Below, one piece after another: positions 27,878 to 41,868 of a DNA stretch of 64,000 nt; positions within the stretch are counted from its first letter, which is position 1; every line of letters starts with the position of its first letter. Both the position numbers and the translations under genes were made by a program. The notes beneath the pieces are model-generated. The model was not told the origin of the DNA, did not search any database, and saw only the letters and a list, made by a program, of their open reading frames with translations. The stretch comes from Tubulanus polymorphus (Eukaryota; Animalia; Nemertea). The stretch lies in assembly GCF_964204645.1 (NCBI RefSeq), contig NC_134027.1, forward strand, positions 7,906,485-7,970,484, written 5' to 3'.

Positions 27878-30467
27878 TATAATAATAATCATTTAATCAT
27901 TTAATTCGACTGCTAATGAGTATAAACATACTAATTAATACTAATTAATACTGTTTGAGTGATAATTCAACTGGCTCGATAATTTGCGTATATTGAATTA
28001 TCCTTGATACTTAGTTGTGTAAAGATTGGGTCCGTTATACCGAGTGATGCCGAGTCTATGCTAATCTAAAACAAATAACGGGAAATTTACTGATAATAAT
28101 CTAATTATGTTATCTTATGATAATAATCCGCGAAAATAGGTTTATTTCGAAAATTGCACGGTAACTCCGAGTACAAAATCATTCGCCTTTAGAAGTAGAA
28201 TATGTGCATTTTTCACGAAGTCACGAAGTCCTTACGATATATGTACAATTCAATTCAATTCAATACTTTATTACAACTTAAAAGTTTTACAGTAAAACAT
28301 ACAAGTATATAATGTACATCATAACATAATAGAGTCTTCTAGACAGATTTTTCTAACCTATACAAAACGGCCTCTACGAGTAGCATTGTATTCATTCAAA
28401 GATTGGAGAACTGCGGTCGGGTCATTTTCGAGTCGCCGTCGGGACAGGTGACCTCGTGCGCGCAAGCTTTGGCAAATATCACCGACGATATGGTTTTATA
28501 ATTGCCAAGTGTGAACCGATTTCGTCGCTGTTTGAATTGCTAATAACGCCAATTAGATACATACTTGGCCTATACACGAAGCGTATATTTGATTTCATTT
28601 CAGCCGGCAAAGTTCTAAAAGAATTCGCCGAAGAAACATTCGCATAAGCCGGAAAATATTCACCGGTAAACAACTATATCGGGAGAAGATACGAACAATG
28701 ACTAATACATAATTGCTGAAAAAAGATATTAGGATGATAGTCTGGACGAATACACCAGACTCCTTGATATCATAAGTATAAGCGAAAACCTTTCTCAGTC
28801 GGGGTGTCGCAATTCAGAATACTTATCGCAATACATTCGGTAAAATTCATGTACGGAATACATGAACTTAATTCATAATTCAGTCCTTCGGAAAATACCC
28901 CAGCTACATAGTGAAGTCTACTAAAACTAGTTTCAGTGGTTTCCAAGTGTGAAAAAATATCGAAATATCAAATATCATTTCATCGGGAAACTATAATGTA
29001 TACTGTATGAAGATTTCATTACATAATGTCTGTCGAGACAAAGCCGAGCGAGGCTTTATAGTCACGGCTCTGTAATCAAAACAGACAATATGTATTTTGA
29101 AAAAAACATTGATCAAACGATACCACAGTCAGACATCGTTGAATGTTTTTTTTTCTTCATTACATTGTCCGTATTTCATATTGTGTAATAGTTGCTATGT
29201 GCGAGTTTGAATAATGGCGTCCTCTTCAAGGACGAAATGGGTCGAACCCCTCCAGATCAGAAAAACTCGTATAAAACTGCTTTTTATCGTGTCGAATATA
29301 TTCACAACAACAACAACAACAGACCAGGCGAAGTAGCGATGCTTTTTGCGATTGAGATAAACTGTTTTGGCATCGATTGGCCAGCTGGATACATCACATC
29401 GGACGTGAAGAGATCACTGGTAGCGGACAGATGTTATTTCAAATACATTATATTATAGGCTCTCAAATTCCAGCTGCGATCCGCTTGTATATGACATTTT
29501 AAATACCTATATACACATACAACGTACAGGTACTTGTATTTGTCATGTTCAGAAAACAATGAAATATCACCCGTAGTATAGACAATATGTCGTGTATTAG
29601 GAACTAGCACTGATTTCGTCGAAGTTAACGTAAGCCCTAGATCCCGATTTCCCCAAAACGGATGAATAACGTGGATTATCTTAGATATCATAGCGAATAA
29701 TTTCGATTTTTCCCTCTCGATTTACATGGCTCTCGTGATTTTTCCTCACCTTTTTTGCCAACAGCCGAATGGCAGCTGACTAGATTATTACCCATCCTCG
29801 GTCAATAACTAACGACTTCAACGGCGGTTATCATCGTGATTATCAGCGACAAAAAAATTCCCTTCGCCAATAGACGTCCGAATACTCGTAGGAATACTTG
29901 TGGTTAGCGATTAGTACAAGCGATTCGCCGACAAAACACGATTTCCTTGACAATGCACGCGCACTGCAGTCATCGCAAGTATGCGATTCATATATGTCAG
30001 TTACAATGTTCTTATCTGTAATAACAATAATGCCGATAATAAATTCAATCGTATAAATAGATCTGGCAATTTGCAGTATAGGATGTGTGAGCGGAGTCAG
30101 TGGGATGCCCGCAGTTTGTCGCATCTAGCGTGTTTATTGACAATTGCGACAATAAAAGGATCGCCTTCTTTTCATCATTTATGCTGAAATTCTGTATCGC
30201 GGTATGCGTTGGTGGCAACTACAGAAAAACCAGACAAAAATGGAAAAGAATTTTCCGAATATAATTACGTGTGTTCGATAACAAAAGAATGAGTAATGTG
30301 AAAATCAATCGCAGAAACGCGTACTTACGTAATGGGTTCCTAGTGAATTTACCATCAGGATTTCAGCGAAAATTAATAATAATCCATTAGACCTTTAGTC
30401 TGTTCTACATCATACGGCTATGTGCTTTATGATATAATCAGCAGATATGAGCATACACATTTTATAC

Positions 30468-30764
<297 letters not shown>

Positions 30765-31774
30765 TTTAGATTGAGATATGTACATATAAAGTATGTCGAA
30801 CTATCCTCAAAACAGCTGGGACTATAAACACTACCGCCTGCGCGCGCGTGACGGCAATTAAACCGTACAATTAGAAACTTAGTACTGCGATCCGAGCCGC
30901 CGCGACCGTTACCGCCGGCGTTCAGGACATGTCTAATTTTGCCGTGAGCACTGCGAGATTTCAAACCGCAGAACACATAACAACTATCGCAGTGAAAACG
31001 TACGAATATCGCATTGTTTAGTCGAACTGGATAGGATTAAAAATCAGTCAAAACATTACTATACAGTGGCTCTGAATTGGAGAGACAATGGTTCGCAGCT
31101 CGCGAAAGTGACGTCCTTCTATTATATGTTCGTCACTCGTGCAAATCGGAATTGAAGATAATGAGTTTTGAACAGCATAGAGATAATGAGTTTTGAATAA
31201 CATAGACTGTCTCATGAGAAAGTAATTTGATGCTGTCCCGAACCTTAAGCCTTGGCATGCCGCTGACGGTGAACATACATATGGGCATCACCTCAGGAGT
31301 GAGGCCACAGCCCCCTCCCCATTCTATCCAAGTTTCGCATTTTTTGTCCAAAATTTTAGGATTTTTTTCACATTCAGGAAATTATATAAATATTTTGCCT
31401 AAAAAAGCCCAGAAAACGTCTGTTTCAAACTTCGAACTTCAAAAATTAACTGTTTACGATCATCGAAGGATTCAGAAATGCCAGCGGCGCTCGGTGGATA
31501 CGGAAATGAAACACTCAGCGCGGCTTTGATTCTGCTGGCCGAACATCGGTATCAGGCTAATAGAGATTCGAAAATGAATATGATCAGACACATTTTTCGA
31601 ACTTCTAGGCAAGATATATTTGGCGCAAAAAAGCATCGCATGCGCCATCTACCGTAATTGGTTAGCAGTTCGTCTCCGATGCTCCGATGTGGCATCTTAC
31701 TGGACTCGTACATGGAACAGGCCAAATCTTCTATCCACGTATTAGCGCCCACTGCCTTTCTCTCCTGAATCAAC

Positions 31775-33314
31775 ATGGCGTCCAGTGTTGTGATTTCGAT
31801 CGTAGCTATTGCTATTTTGCTGCCGTTCATGGTTTCAGGTAATGATTTCGACTCCGGAAAACAATTTGATCCATAGTTTACTGTATCGGCTATTTGCCAT
31901 TGTAAATTTCCCTGTGCTGTTTTCTCGTCTTTCGAAGAAAACATGATTTAATTGCCGGTTCGGTTTGCCACGTCGACCCGGAAGTGTCCCCGGTTTTCAA
32001 TTCTCGGTCTCATTTCTGAACTGAAACTCGATGAGGATTTCATTTTAGTCCCTTCTCTGCAATTTATTCCGTAAAACAATATTGTAGGTCACCTTTTTTG
32101 CTATGGATAAACTAATTTATTGCTTGCATTTAACATTACAGCTGATACATGTCTGGGACCCAGCGTCGAAAGTACAGTATTCTCTACCTCTGAGGTGTCT
32201 GCATCGTCCAAAACTGTTGTTGTCATAGAATTTACATTGTCCTGCAAAAATGGTTTGAAGGTACATATAATCCTGATTTTTAAGTTATTACATAGGCCTA
32301 TTGTACAAATAAATAAATTATGCTGCGGTTTCTTCTTTCAGAATGTAAATCTCTATGCTGACATCAATGGAAGAACACTGCCAGCCACTAGAGCTCAAGA
32401 AGCTGATAAATACCAGGTAATACTATTATAGCAAGACCTGAGAGTGATTCCAGGTGGTAAGCAAAATTAAGACTGGGTCCAGTTCCTAGTCTTAAGTAGT
32501 TTTAAATCTAAGCCATGACAATAGAACAGGCTCATGAATTTTAGACCTATGTCTTGACTTAGATAGAAGCAGGACTAGCTACTGTATCTAATTTTGGAAC
32601 TCGAATGGAGTGAACTTGGTGTTTATTTTAATGTTATTAATAATGTGCTATTGATTATTCATATTCTGGCAGGTGAGTTTCAGCGATGAACATGAGAAAC
32701 TGTCGGCCGGTCGATACGACGTGCGTCTGTTTGATGAAGAAGGTTACGCAGCTCTGAGGAAGGCACAAAGAAGCGGAGAAGACACGTCATCCGTGAAACC
32801 GCTGTTTACTATTGATGCTAACCACCAGGTAGATAGAAAAAGTATCCTAAGTCCAATTACGTAGAGCTAGGGGCCCATGAGCGCACTAAGCAATCGATAT
32901 CAATATTCCCACAATATAAATTGCTAATGGCAAGCATTTTAAGAAATCACATGATATCAATAATAATGCAACCTCTTGGTTTAGAAAATTAAACTGCCAT
33001 ACTGAATATGGCATACAGGCAGACGAGAATTTGAAAGTGTTGCAAATTTCCAGTCGCCATCGTAATCTGTCAAAAAATACATTTGTGTACCCCTTGCTTT
33101 AGCTTTGCAGTATTAGGTGCCAATGTCAGCAGAAATCCAGTTCTGTATCATGCTTTGTTAGTGACCGACTTAAATAACTATGAATGATTGATTATGTTGA
33201 TTTTTTTAGGGAGTATGGAAGGGACCAATCGTACAGAGTGAATTCATCGCTGTCTGTGTCGCCGCCGTCGTTTGGTACTTTGCGTTTAGCGCAAAGTCCA
33301 AAATTATGTCATGA
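31775..33314 (+). CDS. SSR4: Translocon-associated protein subunit delta (TRAP-delta); 5 exons
   Basis: Signal peptide MASSVVISIVAIAILLPFMVSA; CLGPSV..IEFTLSCKNG; LYADINGR; YQVS; FDEEGYAALRKAQRSGEDTSSVKPLFTI; GVWKGPIVQSEFIA..WYFAFSAKSKI; all junctions GT-AG and in phase. Confidence 0.96.
32952..33094 (+). repeat. Dispersed repeat copy 1 (SSR4 intron 4)
   Basis: Aligns by eye with 33887-34034 (TGATATCAAT..GGTTTAGAAAATT..CCAGTCGCCATCG..AAATACATTTGTGT). Confidence 0.8.
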
Positions 33315-33886
33315 GGATTTTTTGTAAATTTAATAATAACTTATTTTAAAAAAATAAAAGTGTCACATTGTATAAATATAGAATTCGTTGTTTAATCCGC
33401 TGATTGGTAGGCGATCGATCGCGCTGATGGTTGCTGAGGAAAGAAACTTGCTGGGCCCTTGAGTCATAAAAGTACGTTGGACATGTAACTTAAGAGCTAT
33501 CTATCGGGACCGTTAAACCAATATGTACCATCTAGGCAACAGCTGATGTCACTATACCAATAAATCAAACGCGTATCGTACAATAAATGTTGTACATGTA
33601 TACAGAAGGTTCGAACCATTTACGTTCTCTGAGTGTGCATACTGAAGAAAATGTTCGCAAGTAATCGATCATGCGAGAAGTATATACAAAAATTCGTTTT
33701 ACGCGTAAATGATTTAGTTGCGAACAAAATACAATCATTTCCTCATTGCCTGTGATTGGGAACCGATCGGCATTATTTTGAAGCTACACAAATCAGATCA
33801 AAAGCTCGAACCCCGCAAAAAATTAGTTCCGCCCATTTATAATTCAAAAGGAAATGTTTCACAACTACCACATTACAACGTTCATG

Positions 33887-34034
33887 TGATATCAATGATA
33901 ATGCATCCTATTGGTTTAGAAAATTCAAACAGTCATACTGAATTCGCCACATACAGGAAGACAAGAGAATTAGCAAATGTTGCAAATTCCCAGTCGCCAT
34001 CGCAATCTGTCGAAAAATACATTTGTGTGCCCCT
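33887..34034 (+). repeat. Dispersed repeat copy 2 (downstream of SSR4)
   Basis: Diverged direct copy of 32952-33094. Confidence 0.8.
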
Positions 34035-37000
34035 TCGTAGGAGTATTATCCGCCCCTGGTAATTTCAGTTCCATCTAAGTAAGATCCGATCCGGATATTC
34101 CCCCGTGCTACGGGCCTCGATCATTGCACCCTGTCTGAATTTTTGATTGCAAAAGGTCAATGAGCGAACTTGAATCGGATAACTCATTATCACCGAAAAA
34201 GATTTATAGAGGACAGTAACACAACGGAACCACGATTATTCCATTCATACTAGACGACGAAGTGCGTCACTTCCGGCCGTTCGAGTTATCAACTTCCTTA
34301 CAGACTTTGCCGTTTCAAGTGTATTTCGATTTAGAGAAGGAGATCCTAGCAAAAATGAATGGCACTTAAATTTGAATGACCATGGCGATACGCGGGTTGG
34401 TACTGTGACTAGTAGACTGAATATCTGAATACTTCCAGGCCCGTAGCCAGCCACGTCGAACTGTTTGTTAGGTACCCACGCAAATGTCGGGTCCTTTTGA
34501 AAATTACCGGTAGATGCAAAGACAAGCAATTTCACAATTTTTAGCATATTCGGGGTGAAAATTCTGCTTCTTCCTACAATTTGGCCTAAATTGCATATTA
34601 TATGAGAAAGTGTTACCAATGAGTGAATGTTTTGAAATCGATGCTCAAATTTTCTTAAGGCCGGCATCTGGGCGGAACTGAGTCAACTTCACCCCCCCCC
34701 CTCCCGTACCCCCTAAATACGAGCTCATTTCAATTAAGAATTTGGTAAACCAATAACTTGTTTATTTGCGTATCACCTCCTACATATATTATTATGATCA
34801 CTATTCATATCTCGATGGCGTTTCCTGATAGGAACGATAAGCCTGACCTGTTCCCGCTAGATAAATATCATGATCCGAATTAATTTTAAAGTGGCCAATC
34901 GATTGGTCCCAGAGTATTGATTTTCTATCGGAAATATCGTATATCAGATTCATTCGTATATATTTAGGGTTAAGAAAATAATACGTAGATAAACGTGGTA
35001 TCATATATTCAAAAGGAATTAAATAATATGATATATTGGACCGAACAATTTTTGAAGATATCATCGAATTTTAGAAATTCATTGCCAACATTTAAAACTA
35101 TATGTTCATGATTAATTTCAGTACGTATGGTAGCGAAATGGCTATCGTTTTTCGATACTAATTCTCACGGTAATTTGATAATTACCTAGCGCTAAATCAA
35201 GTTCCCTATTCCAAATAATGCAATCAACAACTCGCGTGCACGCGTAAGATTATCCACCGATTACGTCAAATCCGAGTTTGACCGCTTAATGATTACGGCT
35301 TTATATAGTTATATATACATAAACAATCGACATATACACAAGTGCTTACGAGAGGAATTTAATTAAATCATTATCACGACCGAACAGAGTGTTCGGTGCA
35401 AGCATGGAAAAATGAAGAGAGTTCTCTAAAACTCCATCGTTTGGTTTATGCTCAGTCTATTGGTTATTCGTTTGAAGTTCCCTTTACCTTTGCTACACTT
35501 TATTCGAAAAAAGTATCGGTATTATTAACACTACTTGGAGTTGAACACTGACATACATTATGAACGCAGAGTTATAGGGGATTATGTAAAAAGTTTCATA
35601 ACTTTACGAACAAAAAAATACAGATTCGACTCTGTTTGTTTAGTTACGTTTCGTATCTAGAAAGGTTGGGGATTTTCGAACTAAATCTCAAAATTGTCTA
35701 TTTCCATTTAGGTACATTGGAAAAGATAATGAAATTCACCGCCAACCCCATTATTTATACATTATTTTAGTAATCCTATTATGTTATTTATACACTCGAA
35801 TGAACTGATGATATACACCGCGTAGTTATCAATTACTTGGTAAAATCTCTAGGAGAAAAGCCTGCATTATTTCAGAATTGACGATTTGATGCCAGGAATA
35901 AGCCGCCGAAAACGTGTTCTACTGATGAAGAAACCGGATGAATTCGTCGATCGGACGTATTGTATCAGAGGCGCAAAAAACAAAATAAGGAAAAAAACAA
36001 AATATTTCCTACATCGAGGTCGGTCGATTGATTGAAAATTATCAACAAGATTAGTATGGTGACCGGGTGACATATCGGCATTCACATCACCGCCGTTATC
36101 ATTTTTTAATCGATAGGAAATCTATTTCATCGACTCGAGACCCCTGGAACTGGTTGGTAACCTCGCGCGTAGAGATATGCGAGTAGATATGACAAAGTCG
36201 GTCGTGAGTGGGCACTCGGACTTCGTACGCATAATTTCAGCAGATAACAGCCCCCGAGCAAAGTTATCAATTCAGAGCCAGCCCGCGCTAACTCGAGTAC
36301 CCTTATCGCTGAAGATAACCGTGGTCGTCAGCGAAACGCCAAAACAATGTCAGATCAGACCTCGTGTACTCATAAATATATTTGGGAGTTTTAGATCTTA
36401 TGACCATCACAACCGAACATGAAACTGTTCTGCGACACAATATAATCCAAGAAGTTTTTTTTGGAGGGGGCTGTTAAGTTGTCCTGAAATTTTATGGGAA
36501 AATTAAAAAAAAACACTGAACCGGTACCTAAAAGCTTTAGATTCATAAGCTTGTACTCTATATATCCAAAAATAAGTTTACGTTTTCCGATGAGTCTTTT
36601 TCGGGGTGCTCTTTTGATTATATGGTATGCCCTATTTTAGGGCTGCACCTCTCCCTGATTCTATCAGTCCCAAGATCCGCGCCTAATCGGGAATTCAAGA
36701 GGAAAACGTGTCCATAAATCGATCGGCACAAAATGTCATAACAGTGAAAATGCCTGTTTGGCCATTGAATGGACTCTCAATTCTAAATTCGGGTGAGATT
36801 CAGCGGCAATACACGAATTGATTTGTGTGTTAATTTAATAGCACATCGAAAAAGCGCATGACAGTAAAACCCGCCACTGTTAATCAAATGCAAGACCGAT
36901 TGTTCTATGATGAATAGAGAAAGTTCAGTAGCGCTATACTTTGGCATTCCTATCAACAACCTTCTGACCCCGGGTTCTAATTCAAGTCTCATGATGGAAT

Positions 37001-37386
37001 TTCACGACCGCCATTATTCTATTTACCATCGCATCTATAAAAGCGTCTCCGTCGCGGCCGTTGTGTTATTTTTCCAATTGTATGTTAATTCAAATCACTG
37101 CTATTACCGACCATATTCGAACATAGATAGCGTTTATCCGACAGATCTATAGTCAATAACAGGTTCTAAAATAAGGCGATCGCGGTGTGGCCCGGTCGAA
37201 TACAAACAGAACGGTTCGACTCGACCAATTATCATATCTGATACTGGTCGTTTTCCACGATAACGGAGATTAACAGTTTTGAATAGAAGTTATTCGCAGA
37301 ATATATAATACAAAAGCCGCTAATGAACAATTTTAAAAAGCAATTCAAAAATTATCATTCAAAAATTGAAAACAAAAAACACGAGG

Positions 37387-37428
37387 ACACGACGTTTCGA
37401 ACTCTCATTAGAGATCCTCGTCAGGTGT
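37387..37428 (-). ncRNA. Minimal type I hammerhead ribozyme motif (Penelope-like element type)
   Basis: Minus strand ACAC-CTGACGA-GGATCTC-TAAT-GAGAGTTC-GAAAC-GTC-GTGT: intact core, stem I ACAC/GTGT, stem II, palindromic ACGT stem III and GUC cleavage triplet. Confidence 0.75.
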
Positions 37429-38973
37429 GACTGACCACAAATTTGAATATTGTCTTTACAAATTCAAGAAATTGTTTGAGTTTCATATGTTTGTTATATT
37501 TCACGATTGGAACGAATGAGATCGAAGTAAAAAATTGAAAGTTTTCTCGCTGTAACATACGCTTCTTTGCTACCGTCAGGTGTGACGGGTCTAAGGGACA
37601 CCAAATCAAAACAAATGAAAACAATCTACCAATAAAATAAATAACAGGGTCAATCTCTATAGATTTACGTTTTGACCGACCCTTTCAATCGCATTTTCAG
37701 TAGGAGTCATTTTCCTGAATTTGCTACCTGAAAACTCTGGGTTTATCTCAATGGCAATAACACAGAAGTGCCTGCTTGTCAAAGGACTTTAAACTATTTG
37801 GTAAAGCATAAATTTTCTCCTAAAATTCCACGAAAATCCTAAGAAATCATGTTGAATTCCTGAATTTTTAGGGGGATGGTCCCCATGTCAATAATATTAC
37901 TGTTTATTTTGAGAATCCTTACGATAATTCATTTTGTTTTTCACGAATAAGCGCAAAAAACTATAACTATTCAAGCTTGTGTTTGGGTAAACATCGGCTA
38001 ATGTTTTTCATTTTCCTTTTTTATGCACTTTCGTTATGGTTTTTCCCGCTATTCGTTGTTCCAGCGGGTCTCCCGGGTTTTCGCGGGTATTTGCCTTTAT
38101 CCTAATTGGTTTATGGGCTTAATCATTTTCATTCACATCGAATACGTAGGTCGTAAAATGCGTTCGCTAATCGCTTTCAATAGCTAATTAACCGGTATAA
38201 ACAGGTAATTGGCCAAATATGGATAAAAATGGGAATTCAATCACCCGACGACTCTATATATTACTCACGCTAGGAATTCCCGACGTATATAGCGCGTGTG
38301 TAATAACATTTTTATGTAAATACGGGGTAAAGAAAATGTTCAAAGTGTTGTTGAATGGTCTTTCCAGTTTATTGCGACAAAATCAGACCGACTTTTTAAG
38401 TCCGCGGAGTCTTTATTCGCAGTTTACGCTCGACGTTAATACACATGTATATAACAAAATAATGTAATAATCATGGTATATATGTTTATTCATAGTTCAA
38501 AGAATGTGCGCAACAGGACTTCCTGGATATTATATATATATATATATATACTAGTATAGTGATAATATGAACGTATATATACATGTCGTGGAATGAGTCA
38601 CGTCGACATTAGTTCTCGCGCGCGCCAGGTCCCATATTGTCACCGGTCTTCAGTAGTGGTGTTCGTTCTGTCAGAGCGAGACGCGCGATCGCCCTCCATT
38701 CCTATTGCGAGCGTCTCGGCCGGGTTATACATAATTTTTGGAGGAAAACCATGCGCCGCCTGGCACTGGTGATGTGGTCATGTGATTTGATAAAACCGGC
38801 ATACTGTACACTATTTCTAAGTGGGCCAGCACGAACGTAAACACTATCAGTTCAACCTGTTGATCGGTCGGATCTACGAGTAACTCGTAGGTCGGAGCTA
38901 CTACGATAGTGCGGAACATGCATGGGAATTATCGCTCCGGGAATATCTCGTAGTTTCTTTCGCGTGCTCGATT

Positions 38974-40092
38974 ATGACATCGTCTCTCACGGCGAGACTA
39001 GTTATATCGCCGGCGACAATGCCTTCATCGTGTTCGGTGCTCTCAGCGCAGACGTGTGAGGACGCTTTTTTACCGCTCAGTTCAAGCCTCGAGCGCGAAC
39101 GATGGACGTTACAACGCCTGAACTCGTCCGCCGGCGAGGAGAGCGACGAATCCGTCGACGAAATGCGATGCAGCTCGCCGGAAAGTTGCTGGAGCATGGA
39201 CAGTTTGGACGACGAGCTATACCTCGAGTATCTGAACAACAAGGGATTTTTCGACAGCGAAACTGTGAGTACATTTTGCGAAAAAAACCAACTTGTGCCC
39301 CTTACCGTGAACCAACACGCATTGCGCGGGTCTTCGTGCGCTAACAACAATAGCAGTACTGTCGCGCAGGACACGAATCGAATTACGGCGACAACCGGTT
39401 CCGACGATATATTCAACCCGAACAAATCTGACCTGGTCGTGCTCGGGGTAGGATTGAAAAACCTAATGCAAGAGAAAAATGACGACGACGACGAAGAGGA
39501 AACCAAGACGAAACAGATCACATTTCCGTCCCGATCTCGCATAGCGACGCATTACAACACGAAAGCGCCCGGCACGTCGCATTTGTCGACGTTACTGACA
39601 CAAGGTCATGTGCCCCAGTTCCGTTCAACAGTACCGTCCGTGACGACCACGTCGTACGGTAACGGAGCGCTGACCATGACATTAACCGGCGCGTCGCGAG
39701 CCGGCGCTAATACGGGCTACCCGGTGACCAGTCTATCGGATATAGTCATGAACCCGTTTCAACAAACGATACGTATTCGCGGGCCCCGTCACAGAGCCGC
39801 CACGCCGAAAGATAAAGCCGACGACAAAATATATCACTGCACCTATCCCGGTTGTCAAAAGGTGTACAGCAAAAGTTCACATTTGAAAGCGCATCATCGC
39901 CGGCACACGGGCGAAAAACCGTTTCACTGTTCGTGGCCCGGCTGCGGATGGCGATTCTCGCGGTCTGACGAGCTCGCTCGTCACAAGCGCTCACATTCGG
40001 GTATCAAACCATACCGGTGCGAAATTTGTGATAAACGCTTCTCGCGTTCGGACCATTTATCAAAACACCATCGCGTACATCGAAAACGCTGA
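38974..40092 (+). CDS. KLF15: Kruppel-like factor, KLF15-like; intronless CDS
   Basis: Three C-terminal C2H2 fingers [52 protein letters not shown]; the RRHTGEKP and RSHSG(I/V)KPY linkers are typical of the KLF15 subfamily. Confidence 0.88.
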   Translation: MTSSLTARLVISPATMPSSCSVLSAQTCEDAFLPLSSSLERERWTLQRLNSSAGEESDESVDEMRCSSPESCWSMDSLDDELYLEYLNNKGFFDSETVSTFCEKNQLVPLTVNQHALRGSSCANNNSSTVAQDTNRITATTGSDDIFNPNKSDLVVLGVGLKNLMQEKNDDDDEEETKTKQITFPSRSRIATHYNTKAPGTSHLSTLLTQGHVPQFRSTVPSVTTTSYGNGALTMTLTGASRAGANTGYPVTSLSDIVMNPFQQTIRIRGPRHRAATPKDKADDKIYHCTYPGCQKVYSKSSHLKAHHRRHTGEKPFHCSWPGCGWRFSRSDELARHKRSHSGIKPYRCEICDKRFSRSDHLSKHHRVHRKR

Positions 40093-41824
40093 CACGCGCG
40101 TACGCGTGAATTATACTTCTCTGCATAGAAAAGTGGGTTACTTTTTTTGTTAAAAATGCTCAATCGATGATCAAAAATTATGTCGTGAGATATTTCGCTG
40201 GATCCGGGAGGCAACGGAAGATGAGAGCCGTAATACTACATTCGACGAATCATATGTTGAATGCCTGTAAACCGCAAATGTTTACTGAACTGAATCAGAT
40301 GTGATCGACTCAACTTAATAACCAGATGATCATCGTTGCCGCAGATGATTTTTTAGCTCTTCAGATCGAGTGCTAAATCCGTGTTTGAGTCGTATGACGG
40401 TGACTAAAAACCACCGGAATAATCATCAACGCAGTAATATGAATCATCAGAAATTCCGAAATACTCCCAGAACACCACAAACTGAATTGAACCATGGACT
40501 TTTTAGAGTCCATGTTTGAACTAACGGTGCTAAGACTCGAACACGAGGTTTACATATGTATATACCAAAATGTTCTTTTGCGATAATATATATTACGATG
40601 ATAAAGATGACATTATGTACACTATAATGTGTATTATATTGTATATTGTAAAATGTTTTTAAGTGAGCTTAGTTTAGATCGGGGCTATAGTCATTGGGAC
40701 TATATATCATATATATATATACTGACCATCTGGTACAAATGGTGCAAAATGTTCATATGTGTACATGTTTCTATAAACCAAGTATGATAGACCCGGAAGA
40801 ATTATCAATGAATCACTTTGTACAATAAAATCAAATGCGGTCATTACAGTAAGATAAAAACGCTCGTTTTCTTTGAGGGGTGATTCTTAAAGTTCTAATG
40901 TCACGACGGACCTCTATTAGTTCTCTTAAGTCCGAAAACTAGTTGAAATTTCTAGTCTCGAATGTATGTTAATAAATCTAATTTCGGAATGGGAGAAATG
41001 TAGGATTTGGCGATTCCCCGTGCGATTTGCTGGAGGAATATGATTCGACAATACGTACATTCCTGACATTTTATCTATGATACTTTGTATAGTAATTGAA
41101 TGTCATTCTAGGATATAGTATCTATCGTGATAAAACGAGTCTTGGGCATTTTCACAAGACAATATTTGAAGGCTAATTTAAGAATTCAACGAAGCATTAT
41201 GCTTACAACGGCCACTAAATCTGAAATTGGAAAAAACTATTCAAAACCACGGATTCAGAATCCACGCTTACAACACGAACATGGAAAAAAGTAGATTCTG
41301 TTTACATAGAAAACCATCTCTCTCTCCGCATATTAGGTCCCCACTCATTTATTTACATCGGTATGAATAATGTAGACGAAGTTCATAAATACGAAATGGC
41401 CAAATAGGTTATTGTAATTATAGTATATAATGTAATATGAGAGGATATCACAGCATGTTATACATTACACATGCGATATAAACAGATGTAACTTTCGTTT
41501 GGTCATTAAAACTTACGTTGGTACATTAATTACACACGCCCGGTGTCCTCCCATCCAACTCGATTCGACAGGTTATGATGTTGTATCGAAATATAGTGTT
41601 TTGGTAGACAAAACGAAGTTAAAGTATGTATTGAAACGACGAACGTGGAAAATTCATGAATATGTAATTTTTAACTTGATTTTTATAAATGTCCATGTAT
41701 TCACGACGACCTCGAAAATAAGATAAGTTGAAGAATAGCCCGTTTGCGGCATTTTCATAGAAAGATTGCACACGGAGAAGAAATGATTTGATGCCTGTCG
41801 ATTGGTAGAAAGTTTCCTATCTTC

Positions 41825-41868
41825 AAGCTACGAGCAATTATCTCAACTGAGATAATTGCTCGTAGCTT
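41825..41868. repeat. Perfect 21-bp-arm palindrome
   Basis: AAGCTACGAGCAATTATCTCA-ac-TGAGATAATTGCTCGTAGCTT. Confidence 0.85.

Noticed and set aside
31552-31944. 130-aa minus-strand ORF overlapping SSR4 exon 1
   Set aside because: No recognisable domain; overlaps the SSR4 promoter and first exon in antisense.
38901-39542. 213-aa minus-strand ORF
   Set aside because: Antisense shadow of the KLF coding region.
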